From sequence record OP595145.1: DNA of 64,000 bases; one strand, 5' to 3'. Each line of letters begins with the position of its first letter. Positions within the stretch are counted from its first letter, which is position 1. Origin of the DNA: Escherichia phage vB_EcoM_DE16. Below the pieces are notes generated by a model, which had not been told where the DNA came from, did not search any database, and worked only from the letters and a program-made list of their open reading frames with translations. The translations under genes and the position numbers were made by a program. Of this stretch, positions 18,661 to 27,807 are shown in pieces.

Positions 18661-18762
18661 ATGGTTTCATTTATCGTAGGTGTAGTTGTAGGCTATCTTA
18701 TTAACAAATATCAAGACGTTATCACGGCAAAAGTAAAAGACATTTTAGACTCATCTAAATAA
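18661..18762 (+). CDS. small hydrophobic peptide (33 aa)
   Basis: strong SD TAAGGAG 6 nt before ATG; product MVSFIVGVVVGYLIN... Confidence 0.4.
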   Translation: MVSFIVGVVVGYLINKYQDVITAKVKDILDSSK

Positions 18763-18769
18763 TCTATCA

Positions 18770-18800
18770 AAGCTGCATCTTCAATAGGTGCAGCCTTTTA
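18770..18800 (+). terminator. terminator-like hairpin (GCTGCA ... TGCAGC + CTTTT)
   Basis: 6-bp stem with 11-nt loop followed by T run. Confidence 0.45.
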
Positions 18801-18814
18801 AAAGGAGATATGGC

Positions 18815-18988
18815 ATGACTAAACGCACTGATTTTAAATGTATGCATTGTGGGAAATCTTTTGGGGATCATCAAGCTCGCACATTCAACTGTCCACGTAA
18901 AGGTCGCGGAAATTTTAAAGGTTTTAATCCCGCACATGTTTATTCTCCAGATTACGATAAGCCAGAAGAAGAAAAATTTGTTATTTAA
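18815..18988 (+). CDS. small zinc-binding-like protein (57 aa)
   Basis: ATG after AAAGGAG; CMHCGK ... NCPRKG motifs. Confidence 0.5.
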   Translation: MTKRTDFKCMHCGKSFGDHQARTFNCPRKGRGNFKGFNPAHVYSPDYDKPEEEKFVI

Positions 18989-19000
18989 TAAGGAGGTCAT

Positions 19001-19282
19001 ATGGAACTCGTTCAAGAATTGTATAATGCTTTAGGAGCAAAAGGAAAAGATTGGCCCGAACATGCGCTTATTGCTATAAGAGACTCCGATGGTGAGATTA
19101 AGTTTTCAAGCGTAAGTAAAGAGCACATCGTAGAAACAAAACTGGGTATTTACATGCGTGGAACTTATTGCTTATTCAACACCAGAATGGTAGAAGCCCC
19201 TGTTATCGAGGATGGAACAAAAGGTTGCCCCACAATCGTAACAAAATCTGAATATGAGAAGTTTTTCTACGCTAAGGCTTGA
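19001..19282 (+). CDS. hypothetical protein (93 aa)
   Basis: ORF with SD TAAGGAGG upstream. Confidence 0.6.
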   Translation: MELVQELYNALGAKGKDWPEHALIAIRDSDGEIKFSSVSKEHIVETKLGIYMRGTYCLFNTRMVEAPVIEDGTKGCPTIVTKSEYEKFFYAKA

Positions 19283-19314
19283 CACAGAAACAATACTATA
19301 GGATAGTGATCCTA
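19279..19314 (+). promoter_or_regulatory. sigma70-like promoter (TTGACA, 17 nt, GATAGT) overlapping inverted repeat ATAGGAT-AGTG-ATCCTAT
   Basis: perfect -35; palindrome spans the -10 region (operator-like). Confidence 0.45.
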
Positions 19315-19326
19315 TCGTAGCAATAG

Positions 19327-19349
19327 AACCCGCTTCGGCGGGTTTTTTC
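19327..19349 (+). terminator. Rho-independent terminator (ACCCGC-TTCG-GCGGGT-TTTTT)
   Basis: UUCG tetraloop hairpin plus T run. Confidence 0.7.
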
Positions 19350-19373
19350 ATATCTGTAGCAATAGGAGGTCGT

Positions 19374-19604
19374 GTGTTAAATAAAATCGAAGAAGGTTGT
19401 ATGGCATTTTTGGTAGATAACCCGTTTCCCTTTATGGTTAAGGTCCATGTAGGAGAGTATTTAGGTTATGACGAATGGGATTGTAGTATCAATAGTGAAA
19501 TGCACCACTACCAACCAACAATACTTAAGACGGATCAAATGGCGCGTATTACAGTAGAGGATGAATTGATCATTGAGTTATACGAGAGAGCACTACACAA
19601 GTAA
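19374..19604 (+). CDS. hypothetical protein (76 aa, GTG start)
   Basis: GTG preceded by AATAGGAGG; last plus-strand gene before strand switch. Confidence 0.5.
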   Translation: MLNKIEEGCMAFLVDNPFPFMVKVHVGEYLGYDEWDCSINSEMHHYQPTILKTDQMARITVEDELIIELYERALHK

Positions 19605-19673
19605 GCTAGAACCCACCTAAATCGAACAGAGACGCTCTAAAATAGAAAAGGCATCCACTTGGGTGCCTTTGTT

Positions 19674-19946
19674 TTATTCTTCGTTAGATTGCGTCTCAGA
19701 CGCGTTAAATTCGGTTTCAGTACAACTTGCTAGGTAACTTATATTTTGCATCACTACAACTACAGGTGTTTGAAGTTTATCTTCTAGCCCCGCAGCCACT
19801 TGAGCCAAGGCATTATCAATATTTGATTTCCTAACGCCTGTTCCATGTCCTGTTGCCAAGTAAAGATTACCTTCCCCTTTTTGTGTAGCATTGGCAAAGT
19901 AGTAAACGTAATGTGCAAGGTAGTAATCACGGATTTCTTCAGTCAT
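19674..19946 (-). CDS. hypothetical protein (90 aa)
   Basis: ORF with SD TTAGGAGAA upstream on minus strand. Confidence 0.55.
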   Translation of the reverse strand: MTEEIRDYYLAHYVYYFANATQKGEGNLYLATGHGTGVRKSNIDNALAQVAAGLEDKLQTPVVVVMQNISYLASCTETEFNASETQSNEE

Positions 19947-19963
19947 TTTATTCTCCTAATAAG

Positions 19964-19984
19964 AAAGGGGCCGAAGCCCCTTGA
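19964..19984 (-). terminator. intercistronic hairpin GGGGCUUCGGCCCC (UUCG tetraloop)
   Basis: same hairpin recurs at 32064-32081 and 38233-38248, each just upstream of an SD. Confidence 0.55.
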
Positions 19985-19989
19985 GTGGT

Positions 19990-20805
19990 TTATTTGTTTA
20001 AGTGGTCTTCGACCATTTTAATGAAACCTTCATTGCTGAAGGCTGTTGCAGCTTTTTCTCGGTAAACAAAAACTCCACGATCTTCATAGAGAAGTGTTTC
20101 TTCGTAATTAACTCCAGGGTTAACTACAACCATTTTTGTACCCATACTAAGCGCAGGGAATAATTCCCAATTAAAATTGATAACTTGGTTTGAACATCCT
20201 ACTACTACAACCAAATCTTGCATGGTCAAAGTATCGAACAAGTGAGCCATATCTGCATACAAAGGTGCAGCCTCACCAAAAAATACAACATTAGGCTTCA
20301 CCCAGTTATAATCATCTATGTTTATACTATTGTAACCAATATCTACCAGTGTTTTGTAATCTCCAGGATGCATACGGTAAACTACTTCAGGAAGATATCC
20401 GTGTACGTGAATAACAGAATCTCTGTCTACACCTGCTCGCTCTAGTAGATCATCAACGTTTGTTGTCAAGTTTACTATTTGGTTAGGATATTCCTTAAAC
20501 CACTTTGCTATTTGAATATGTGCAGCATTAGGTTGTACATCTTTAAGCTCAACACGTCTTTTGTTATAAAATTCGTGTGTTTTGGCATACAAATCCATAC
20601 CGTTCTCGTCTACACCACCGACCACTGGAAGATCTGGAGATGTTCTAACACGATAACCTGCTTGGAAAGCTCCAATATCGCAGACCTCTTCTAAATCATA
20701 TTCTTCCCATAAAGCACGACCACTATCTGTGTCTGTTCTAAATGTTCGAATCCCACTGTCTGCACTTAAACCTGCACCGCTTACAAAAATCACTCGTCTT
20801 GGCAT
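19990..20805 (-). CDS. Sir2-family NAD-dependent deacetylase-like protein
   Basis: GAGLSADSGIRTFR (sirtuin NAD-binding motif) and downstream HVHG histidine; 271 aa. Confidence 0.65.
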   Translation of the reverse strand: MPRRVIFVSGAGLSADSGIRTFRTDTDSGRALWEEYDLEEVCDIGAFQAGYRVRTSPDLPVVGGVDENGMDLYAKTHEFYNKRRVELKDVQPNAAHIQIAKWFKEYPNQIVNLTTNVDDLLERAGVDRDSVIHVHGYLPEVVYRMHPGDYKTLVDIGYNSINIDDYNWVKPNVVFFGEAAPLYADMAHLFDTLTMQDLVVVVGCSNQVINFNWELFPALSMGTKMVVVNPGVNYEETLLYEDRGVFVYREKAATAFSNEGFIKMVEDHLNK

Positions 20806-21275
20806 TCTTCCTCCTCAAATGGATCATAAGAATTGTACTCGTAAGTATCATCTTCTGAAAATTCTACTTCGAAATAAATATCAAACTCTGCAAACAGACG
20901 TAGGATGTTAGACATGCTGTAATAATTATCGTAGGCAGATTCAGCTTCATAGTAAACATAAAGCAAATGGTTAGCCTTATCATCTTCCAAATATTTCCCG
21001 TCTGCATACGCATAGTCTGCATATGCTTTACCTGCATCTTCCACAAGAGAACGATCAAGCAGAGTAGGAAATGGTTTCTCTTTTTCTTTTAGTTTGCTCA
21101 CTAACCAATGTGCAATATCATTCCATTCTGCATCCATACCACTAAAGCAACTTGCTTCTTCTCCAAAAGAAGCTTCTCCTAAATCGCCACTAATACGAAT
21201 AACATTAGATGAATTATAGCCACACGTTTCACAATCAGAGTAACTATTATGCACATTGACATTTACTTGAAACAT
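20790..21275 (-). CDS. hypothetical acidic protein (161 aa)
   Basis: ORF in co-directional block. Confidence 0.5.
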   Translation of the reverse strand: MFQVNVNVHNSYSDCETCGYNSSNVIRISGDLGEASFGEEASCFSGMDAEWNDIAHWLVSKLKEKEKPFPTLLDRSLVEDAGKAYADYAYADGKYLEDDKANHLLYVYYEAESAYDNYYSMSNILRLFAEFDIYFEVEFSEDDTYEYNSYDPFEEEECQDE

Positions 21276-21333
21276 ATTCCCTCCTATAAAAGAAAAGCCC
21301 CCTGAAACAGGAGGCTTTGTTCAGAGGCTGGCA

Positions 21334-21987
21334 CTATACCAGACTTTGTAGGTATTTGTCAAGGGCTTCTTGATCGCCTTGACAAACATAGCAACGGAAG
21401 TCTTGAGCCGAAGGTTGTTTATTTTCATCCCAGTCCCAATAAACATTACCCTTATAACGTGAACCAGGAAACTCAAAAGAGGCTGTATGTGTAATGTATC
21501 CTGGGCCACCAGTGAAATCACAGAATGAGAATTGGGGGTATGCCGCCTTTACTGCCTCAATAAACCAAGCTTTACGATCTAAAGCTTCATTGATGCTATA
21601 CGCATGTCTCTCCATTTCTTCCCACGTTTTCCAGACACTTCTCTCATCAGGAGAAAAGACAAGCCATTCTGGAAGGTATAGAGTGTCATAGTAATCATCA
21701 TATTCGATCTCGGAGGCGCACGAAGCTGACTCCTCCAGTTTTGAGTAATCAAAAGCAGAATATACCCACCAACCATCTTCCAGTAACGCTTTGATAGGGA
21801 CGAAGCCTTTATCAGCATATTGATCGAATTGTTTGACACGGTGGCTTGTGCAGTCTTCAAACTCACATTCTAAACGATATGCACCTTTTCGACGAGCCTC
21901 AAGACCGTGTGTACTGAAAATAACAACACTTCCTTCACCATCATTACGATCTACTTGATAAGCAACCACTGGTTTTGAATTTGACAT
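21334..21987 (-). CDS. hypothetical protein (217 aa)
   Basis: ORF in co-directional block. Confidence 0.55.
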   Translation of the reverse strand: MSNSKPVVAYQVDRNDGEGSVVIFSTHGLEARRKGAYRLECEFEDCTSHRVKQFDQYADKGFVPIKALLEDGWWVYSAFDYSKLEESASCASEIEYDDYYDTLYLPEWLVFSPDERSVWKTWEEMERHAYSINEALDRKAWFIEAVKAAYPQFSFCDFTGGPGYITHTASFEFPGSRYKGNVYWDWDENKQPSAQDFRCYVCQGDQEALDKYLQSLV

Positions 21988-22670
21988 TATTTCTCCTTAT
22001 CTAGAAGATTGTTAGACAAAAACACTGCACGAGCAAAACCACGTGCGGTTAGTGATCTAAGTTGTTTTGTTTTTGCACTAGCTCCACCTAAGCTTTTCCA
22101 ACCCCAGAAGCAGCCTATATGATCTACTGGTTTCTTCACTGGTTGAACAAAACCATTGCCGTGCCAAATACAAGTTTTCTTTGTATACCCATCACGGGTA
22201 GGCATTTTAGGATGAAAGCTTCCTTCCTCTTCAAACAAATACCCACCATACTCATAAGGATCAAAGTAAAAATCGGGTTTACGCCATAAGGTTGAAAGTT
22301 TACCTACTGGGTTCTCAATCATCCAAGGAACATTATATTTGTTACCCAAAGCTTCCACTACACGAATATTAGCTAAAGCTTCATCCAATTCCTCTGTGCT
22401 GCGTTCGTGTTTGCTACCACTACCTGCTAACATAGTGCAAGGTGGAAATCCAAAAATAATATCGGGTTTAGGTATCCCATGATCTTCAGGGTTGAATGTA
22501 GAATCTATCCAGGCATTCACATAGGTTATGTTTGGGTGCTCCATCCTAACCTCGTATTTACCGTGATCCCCTTCATCAGCGTTTACACAAAAACACTTGT
22601 GACCTGCTTCGGCATAACGTAACACCATGATCCCAGATCCGTCAAACATAGACAAAACTGTTTTACTCAT
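21987..22670 (-). CDS. putative DNA cytosine-C5 methyltransferase-like protein
   Basis: motifs MFDGSG (motif I-like), GFPPCT (motif IV PC), ENPVG (motif VI ENV-like); start set at internal Met. Confidence 0.5.
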   Translation of the reverse strand: MSKTVLSMFDGSGIMVLRYAEAGHKCFCVNADEGDHGKYEVRMEHPNITYVNAWIDSTFNPEDHGIPKPDIIFGFPPCTMLAGSGSKHERSTEELDEALANIRVVEALGNKYNVPWMIENPVGKLSTLWRKPDFYFDPYEYGGYLFEEEGSFHPKMPTRDGYTKKTCIWHGNGFVQPVKKPVDHIGCFWGWKSLGGASAKTKQLRSLTARGFARAVFLSNNLLDKEK

Positions 22671-23076
22671 TACCCCTCCATTCAAGACAAGCCATAACTT
22701 TACGCCAATCACTTTCTGTAAGAAAAATCTCGTTTGCTTTCTTCCACAAATCTAAATCGTGAAGGGTTGGAATACGATATGTTAGTTCACAGAATCTATG
22801 CTCTTCTTCTGTAATATAACCAAAATGCAGAGCCACATCGTGAAACCAACACCAACCATGCATCTCTCGAACAACATGGTCATGTTGAGACATTATTTTA
22901 TGCCGTAAACCTAACCAACAAGGAACAGATACTTTAGTAGTCTTTAATCTGTGATCAACAGTATTAGAGTATTCAATAATAGCTGTCAGTTTCAATCGTG
23001 CTTTTTCTAAATCCTCATGGGTCACTTTGAAATAACTTTCTGAAAGATATCCACACATATTAATAACCTCCTTCAA
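22663..23076 (-). CDS. hypothetical protein (137 aa)
   Basis: ORF; weak R-x6-H pattern only. Confidence 0.5.
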   Translation of the reverse strand: MKEVINMCGYLSESYFKVTHEDLEKARLKLTAIIEYSNTVDHRLKTTKVSVPCWLGLRHKIMSQHDHVVREMHGWCWFHDVALHFGYITEEEHRFCELTYRIPTLHDLDLWKKANEIFLTESDWRKVMACLEWRGNE

Positions 23077-24001
23077 AAGGCTTAACTACATGTTGATTAG
23101 CTTTAAAACGTTCAACATAGTCGTTTTCGCCCATGTTTTCATATAGCTTAGTAACAACATAAAAGTTTTCCCAAGCATATTCCCTAAACCAACCACTAGT
23201 GATGGATGTGCAGACTTTAGATAAAGCCATTATAAAACTTTGCTTAGGGGTTGGACCTCCGATCTCTTCACCGAAAGGAATTTGTGAACGTTCCAAAGCC
23301 AAAACACACGCTTCTTCATAAACACCTAACAGGCGCACATGTTTTGGTTGAGCAAAAAACTTTTCTTTGCTGGTCATAACTTCACTTCCATCTTTCATAT
23401 AAGATTTATATGCTGGAGCATCCATTACCGCGATTGCTTCATGGATAGAATCATGATCATAAACATACGGAACCTCATCACCTTTAAAGAAGTCTTTACT
23501 TTTTACGTTTAAGTTCGGATGAGAGTAAGTGTATGTTTCTTTCTCACGCAACTCATAAATACTCTTAAGATTTTCTGGGATCTTTGCGCCCAGTGACCGC
23601 ATGAAATGAATATCTTTCATAGTTTTAAAGAAGTGAGGACTATCCTTTTTAAAACGATGACTCATTTTAAGAAGGTAGAGCACATCTAAAGGAGCAACAA
23701 CATGTCCAGCGTAAGTTCGACGAACATCATCAGAATCTTCACAATAACTAATCAAAGCTTCTGTGCTATCTCCTTGAGAAGCAATATCGTATTCCAAATG
23801 TGCACCAGCTATCATTTTGACGTGACCTTTGTTCCCTTTACGTTCTACAAGTTCAACAAACTCGTCTTGAGAGAACATTTTTGATAATTCTTCCCACTCT
23901 TGTTCTGTACACAGGTAATCTAAATCTACACAAGGGCGATACAAGTCTTTTCCCATGTCCATAGCATGAATTTGTAATGCACGGCTACCAATTAACACCA
24001 T
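23060..24001 (-). CDS. nucleotidyltransferase-fold protein (313 aa)
   Basis: N-terminal LIGSRA ... VDLDYL resembles minimal NTase GS ... DxD signature. Confidence 0.45.
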   Translation of the reverse strand: MVLIGSRALQIHAMDMGKDLYRPCVDLDYLCTEQEWEELSKMFSQDEFVELVERKGNKGHVKMIAGAHLEYDIASQGDSTEALISYCEDSDDVRRTYAGHVVAPLDVLYLLKMSHRFKKDSPHFFKTMKDIHFMRSLGAKIPENLKSIYELREKETYTYSHPNLNVKSKDFFKGDEVPYVYDHDSIHEAIAVMDAPAYKSYMKDGSEVMTSKEKFFAQPKHVRLLGVYEEACVLALERSQIPFGEEIGGPTPKQSFIMALSKVCTSITSGWFREYAWENFYVVTKLYENMGENDYVERFKANQHVVKPFEGGY

Positions 24002-24061
24002 AATATTTCTCCTCTATTGGTTGATAGGTTAAGTTTATCAAGCTTCCAGATTCCTGTCAAT

Positions 24062-24090
24062 AAAAAACCCGCCGAAGCGGGTTATTATTT
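24062..24090 (-). terminator. Rho-independent terminator (AACCCGC-UUCG-GCGGGUU + U run on minus strand)
   Basis: GC stem, tetraloop, flanking A/T runs. Confidence 0.65.
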
Positions 24091-24091
24091 A

Positions 24092-24364
24092 CTAACACAT
24101 TGAGGAAGAAGAGATCCAAACACCTCTTGTGGTTAAACCATTTTCATCCAACTCTACACCGTAATCTTCACAAATGAAATCAATATAGTGATCTGCGGCT
24201 GGCGTTCCTGTAGGGTAATAAGTTTCTCCGTTACCGTAGTCACCTATCCAAGCTTGTTCCTGAAACTGTTCACAAAGTTCTTCAATTTCCTTACGAAACT
24301 TTCTTTGTGCTTGTTCCATCTCTTTAACTTTCTTTTTTATCAGCAGTTCGCCTTCAGACTCCAC
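24092..24364 (-). CDS. small acidic protein ending VWISSSSMC (C-terminal motif family member)
   Basis: 90 aa ORF; C-terminal W-x-SSS-x-C shared with two neighbours. Confidence 0.55.
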   Translation of the reverse strand: MESEGELLIKKKVKEMEQAQRKFRKEIEELCEQFQEQAWIGDYGNGETYYPTGTPAADHYIDFICEDYGVELDENGLTTRGVWISSSSMC

Positions 24365-24373
24365 AATCTCTCC

Positions 24374-24592
24374 TTAACAGCTACTACTGTGCCAAACGCC
24401 TTGAGAATTAACGACGAAACCATCATCACCTTCACCATAACAAGAAGAGGATTGCCAATCTTCAAAACAGATTGCGTCATCTTCTAAACTAAGACCAAAA
24501 CCAGCATCTTCAGCTTCTTTTGTAAGTTCGTCCACTAAAGCCATAATAGCTTGGGCTTTTTCAGTTAATTCTTCAACATTACGATAACTCAT
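24374..24592 (-). CDS. small acidic protein ending VWHSSSC (family member)
   Basis: start set at internal Met overlapping upstream stop. Confidence 0.5.
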   Translation of the reverse strand: MSYRNVEELTEKAQAIMALVDELTKEAEDAGFGLSLEDDAICFEDWQSSSCYGEGDDGFVVNSQGVWHSSSC

Positions 24593-24867
24593 TAGTATTT
24601 CTCCTCTGGTTGGAAAACTGAACGACAAGCCCACATACTAGCTTCTTTTAAATGTTTAATAGCACAACGGATTTGGTCAATACGTTCGTATGCAATATCT
24701 AATTCTTTTTCTGTGCCGTCAAAAGACCCATGATATGCTTCACAATACTCTTCCTCTAAGGCTTTGAAGATTAAACCTAAACGCTCTTCTGCATCTTTAA
24801 TAGCGTTAACCTTGCCAATCTTATCGTCAGTATGCGCCTTATAACCTTTGATATCTTCGATTCCCAT
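24592..24867 (-). CDS. hypothetical protein (91 aa)
   Basis: ATG at 24867 preceded by AGGAGG on minus strand. Confidence 0.55.
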   Translation of the reverse strand: MGIEDIKGYKAHTDDKIGKVNAIKDAEERLGLIFKALEEEYCEAYHGSFDGTEKELDIAYERIDQIRCAIKHLKEASMWACRSVFQPEEKY

Positions 24868-24878
24868 TTTACCTCCTA

Positions 24879-25076
24879 TTAACAACTTAAAGAAGATGGA
24901 TGCCAATTTGTTCCAGTATTCTCATTTTCGTCTTCTGGATCATAATAACCACCCATCCCATATTCAGGGGAGAAACGGAAACCTTTACCAGTCTCATCTG
25001 CTAACTGCTCTGCTTCCGCTAAAGCCTCATAAGCTGCTTTTACGGCTTCTTCTACTGTTTTAAACTTGGTCGTCAT
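24879..25076 (-). CDS. small acidic protein ending NWHPSSLSC (family member)
   Basis: 65 aa ORF, third copy of C-terminal motif. Confidence 0.5.
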   Translation of the reverse strand: MTTKFKTVEEAVKAAYEALAEAEQLADETGKGFRFSPEYGMGGYYDPEDENENTGTNWHPSSLSC

Positions 25077-25350
25077 AAAATTTCTCCTCTCCTAAAGACA
25101 TGTTGACATGAAATGCACGATATGTAAATTCGTTGTCCGTTGTGTTTGAATAAAACTCAAATTGAACAACACCATCTTGAGAAGACAGATACATGCCAAT
25201 TTGAACTGTTCCTTCTGGTACCAGGTAAGCATACTCTGGACGTAGTGTTACATTGTAAAAATAAAGTTCCCCAACACCCATTTCATCCCAAGCTTCCCAA
25301 GCGGTAACGAAATTACTTTCAAAACTTGTTACTGATCCGAACTCTGCCAT
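25060..25350 (-). CDS. hypothetical protein (96 aa)
   Basis: ORF in co-directional block. Confidence 0.5.
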   Translation of the reverse strand: MAEFGSVTSFESNFVTAWEAWDEMGVGELYFYNVTLRPEYAYLVPEGTVQIGMYLSSQDGVVQFEFYSNTTDNEFTYRAFHVNMSLGEEKFYDDQV

Positions 25351-25841
25351 AAAACCTCCTCAATCTTGTAGTTTGACTCCATCTCCAACACATTTCCACG
25401 AACGTCTCTCCGAAGAAAGGCATAAGCTTTATTAGGTATTGTAGACTCATATTTAACCATATCTGGCACAGCAAAAGATACTACTACTCCTGCTGGGCTT
25501 CTGTCAAGAGCCTTATTAATATTTCTAAGGATATCGTTAGCCAAGATTTCTGCCAATTCTCCAAGAACAGTTTCGGTTATATCTTTATATCCCATTAAGT
25601 ATTTGTTGATATCTTTCATCTCTGTATTGTTCAGAGTATAGTCCAAAGGATAGAAATTCAAAGCGGAGTCACTTTTATGTGTCCACATGAAATGCACCCG
25701 ATCCGAGCAGAATCGTAACCCTCTGTGAAGAATATCTTCTACAACAGGGAGAATTTCTTTTGTCACATCATTAACCATGTTGTAATCTAAGATTTCTGCC
25801 AAGTTTGTTCTTTGTTCACCACGTTTACGTTTAGGAATCAC
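25329..25841 (-). CDS. hypothetical protein (170 aa)
   Basis: ORF in co-directional block. Confidence 0.55.
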   Translation of the reverse strand: MIPKRKRGEQRTNLAEILDYNMVNDVTKEILPVVEDILHRGLRFCSDRVHFMWTHKSDSALNFYPLDYTLNNTEMKDINKYLMGYKDITETVLGELAEILANDILRNINKALDRSPAGVVVSFAVPDMVKYESTIPNKAYAFLRRDVRGNVLEMESNYKIEEVLWQSSDQ

Positions 25842-26412
25842 TTGTTATTGCCCTCATTACCAAAGGTCGTAGAAAATCGTAAATCTCTTGTTTTGTTTTC
25901 CCACGAATGTTTAAACAAGGAACATTATTGGCTTTAGCTATCTTCCAAGCTGTAGCTGTTCCACCTTTTGCATCTCCATGTTTATCAGTATTAGCACAAG
26001 CCAACAAGAAACATGATGGAGCAGGATTCTCCAAATCTCTACCTAACACTTGATGCACATTACGTTGGTGCAATTTTCTAGCACCCTGCTTAAGCTTTTC
26101 ATAGGCTGGGTGAACATCTTTGATCCATTGCACAGAGATAGCATAGTTCATTGTGTCTGGTTTTGCAAGAACAATAACATCCCCTGGAATCTGATTACCT
26201 TTGAAATTTTCCCAAGGAACATAAATCTCCTTGTTAGTAGGATTTTCAGACTCTTGGACACCTGTTTCAAAAGCAGAATCACTACCTTCTGCCTTCCCAG
26301 ACCTTAATTTAAACCCAAGGTTTGAAAGCCATTTCCCTATGCCTACCATCAAAGCCCACTCTTCTTCGGATATGTCTCTACTTCCAACTCCCGTATAGAA
26401 CAGTTCTGCCAT
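25831..26412 (-). CDS. Rossmann-like DprA/SLOG-superfamily-like protein
   Basis: GVGSR ... SGKAEGSDSAF pattern reminiscent of DprA/Smf SGxAxGxD core; ATG 26412 after GAGGTGA. Confidence 0.4.
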   Translation of the reverse strand: MAELFYTGVGSRDISEEEWALMVGIGKWLSNLGFKLRSGKAEGSDSAFETGVQESENPTNKEIYVPWENFKGNQIPGDVIVLAKPDTMNYAISVQWIKDVHPAYEKLKQGARKLHQRNVHQVLGRDLENPAPSCFLLACANTDKHGDAKGGTATAWKIAKANNVPCLNIRGKTKQEIYDFLRPLVMRAITSDS

Positions 26413-26419
26413 AATCACC

Positions 26420-26728
26420 TCAACAAGTAATTTCAAAAGGTGTATAGGGTTCCGTATTTCTCATGATCCAAGGACTGCTAGGATTGCTCGGATCATAAGG
26501 ACCAAAAGGTTTTATGGTCGGTTGTGTTTCTTTCTTCTGAATCTCTTCAAAAATACGACGAAGTTCAGAATATTCTTGATCCACCATAAGATTCGGTGCA
26601 TCTGATTCTACAGCTTGCAGGTTATCTTCCTTAAGAACAATCTCACGAACAAGATTAACATCTTCTGTTTCTAAGATAACTTCTTTACGGATATTACCTA
26701 CACTTTGAATAATTGTAATCTTATACAT
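26420..26728 (-). CDS. hypothetical protein (102 aa)
   Basis: ORF in co-directional block. Confidence 0.5.
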   Translation of the reverse strand: MYKITIIQSVGNIRKEVILETEDVNLVREIVLKEDNLQAVESDAPNLMVDQEYSELRRIFEEIQKKETQPTIKPFGPYDPSNPSSPWIMRNTEPYTPFEITC

Positions 26729-27471
26729 TAATCCTCCTCAAGAGTTGAATAAAATTGAAGACCACCGTCCATATCGAAATAAGCAAATGTTAAGTTATTA
26801 TTGAACACAGATCCAGTATCCATATAAACACGATTCGCATTGATAATAGGTGTTTTTACATAAGAGTGTCCATGAAACACATAATCCACACCCATCACAA
26901 CAGGAAGTTTCATTCCCTCTTTAGCACAGTCTACCATATCTCTGTCCCACATAAGTGCTTCAGCAAAACGGTTTTCCTGTGTTTTTGTCATCTTCGAAAT
27001 GTATTCTGGAATATCTGTTACAGGGAGATATTCCAAAGAAGATGGATACCCACCATGAATAAACGCAAGTTTCATGCCTCTGTAGTTAACAATGAGAACA
27101 ACAGGTAAATCTTCTGTCATCATTGCTAAGGCTGTAGCTCCTTCTTCACCACATTCTTCAAAGACCGTATATCCTCCATTTTGATACCAACACTCGTAGT
27201 AGCTACGATCTCCTTCCAGCATACCTTTAATCATCATGTCTTCATGATTGCCACGAATAGCGTAGCGATTGTGTTTACGAGTAAATTCTAAAACACAACG
27301 AAAGTTTTGCTTTCCACGGTCAGTAAGATCTCCTAGAGATACAACCACATCTGTATCTCGGATACCTAACTTTGCCTTTCCTTTTTCATACAAATTATAA
27401 CAACCGTGTAGATCTCCAATTATAAAAAGATCTTGATCGCTTTTAACAGTAATTTCTCTGTGTATGATCAC
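26728..27471 (-). CDS. Ser/Thr protein phosphatase (calcineurin-like metallophosphoesterase)
   Basis: GDLHG, GDLTDRG and GNHE metal-binding motifs in order. Confidence 0.8.
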   Translation of the reverse strand: MIIHREITVKSDQDLFIIGDLHGCYNLYEKGKAKLGIRDTDVVVSLGDLTDRGKQNFRCVLEFTRKHNRYAIRGNHEDMMIKGMLEGDRSYYECWYQNGGYTVFEECGEEGATALAMMTEDLPVVLIVNYRGMKLAFIHGGYPSSLEYLPVTDIPEYISKMTKTQENRFAEALMWDRDMVDCAKEGMKLPVVMGVDYVFHGHSYVKTPIINANRVYMDTGSVFNNNLTFAYFDMDGGLQFYSTLEED

Positions 27472-27797
27472 TTATCCTCCTCAAAATCTAAGAAAATAAA
27501 AATATTCACCTTTCCTTCAATCTCTTGTTCTAAAACAAGATCGGCAAATTCTGCATAAGCTTTCTCTTCAACTTTTTCAATATGTTCTGCGGCATCTTTA
27601 AAAGGCGTATCCCCATCCACCTTTACTAATAAGAAAAGAGATCGCATTTCGACGTTTTTACTGTTACGAGGAAGGAAATCTACAGCTTCAACAATTCTCC
27701 AACCCAAATAGCCAGGGGTTTTATGAATCTCCCCTAAATACTTTTCTAAGATTTTACGACCCTCGTCGATAAGGGCTTGTTCTGTAGTAATTTCCAT
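27468..27797 (-). CDS. hypothetical protein (109 aa)
   Basis: ORF, ATGA overlap with downstream gene. Confidence 0.5.
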   Translation of the reverse strand: MEITTEQALIDEGRKILEKYLGEIHKTPGYLGWRIVEAVDFLPRNSKNVEMRSLFLLVKVDGDTPFKDAAEHIEKVEEKAYAEFADLVLEQEIEGKVNIFIFLDFEEDK

Positions 27798-27807
27798 TCC
27801 TTCCTCC

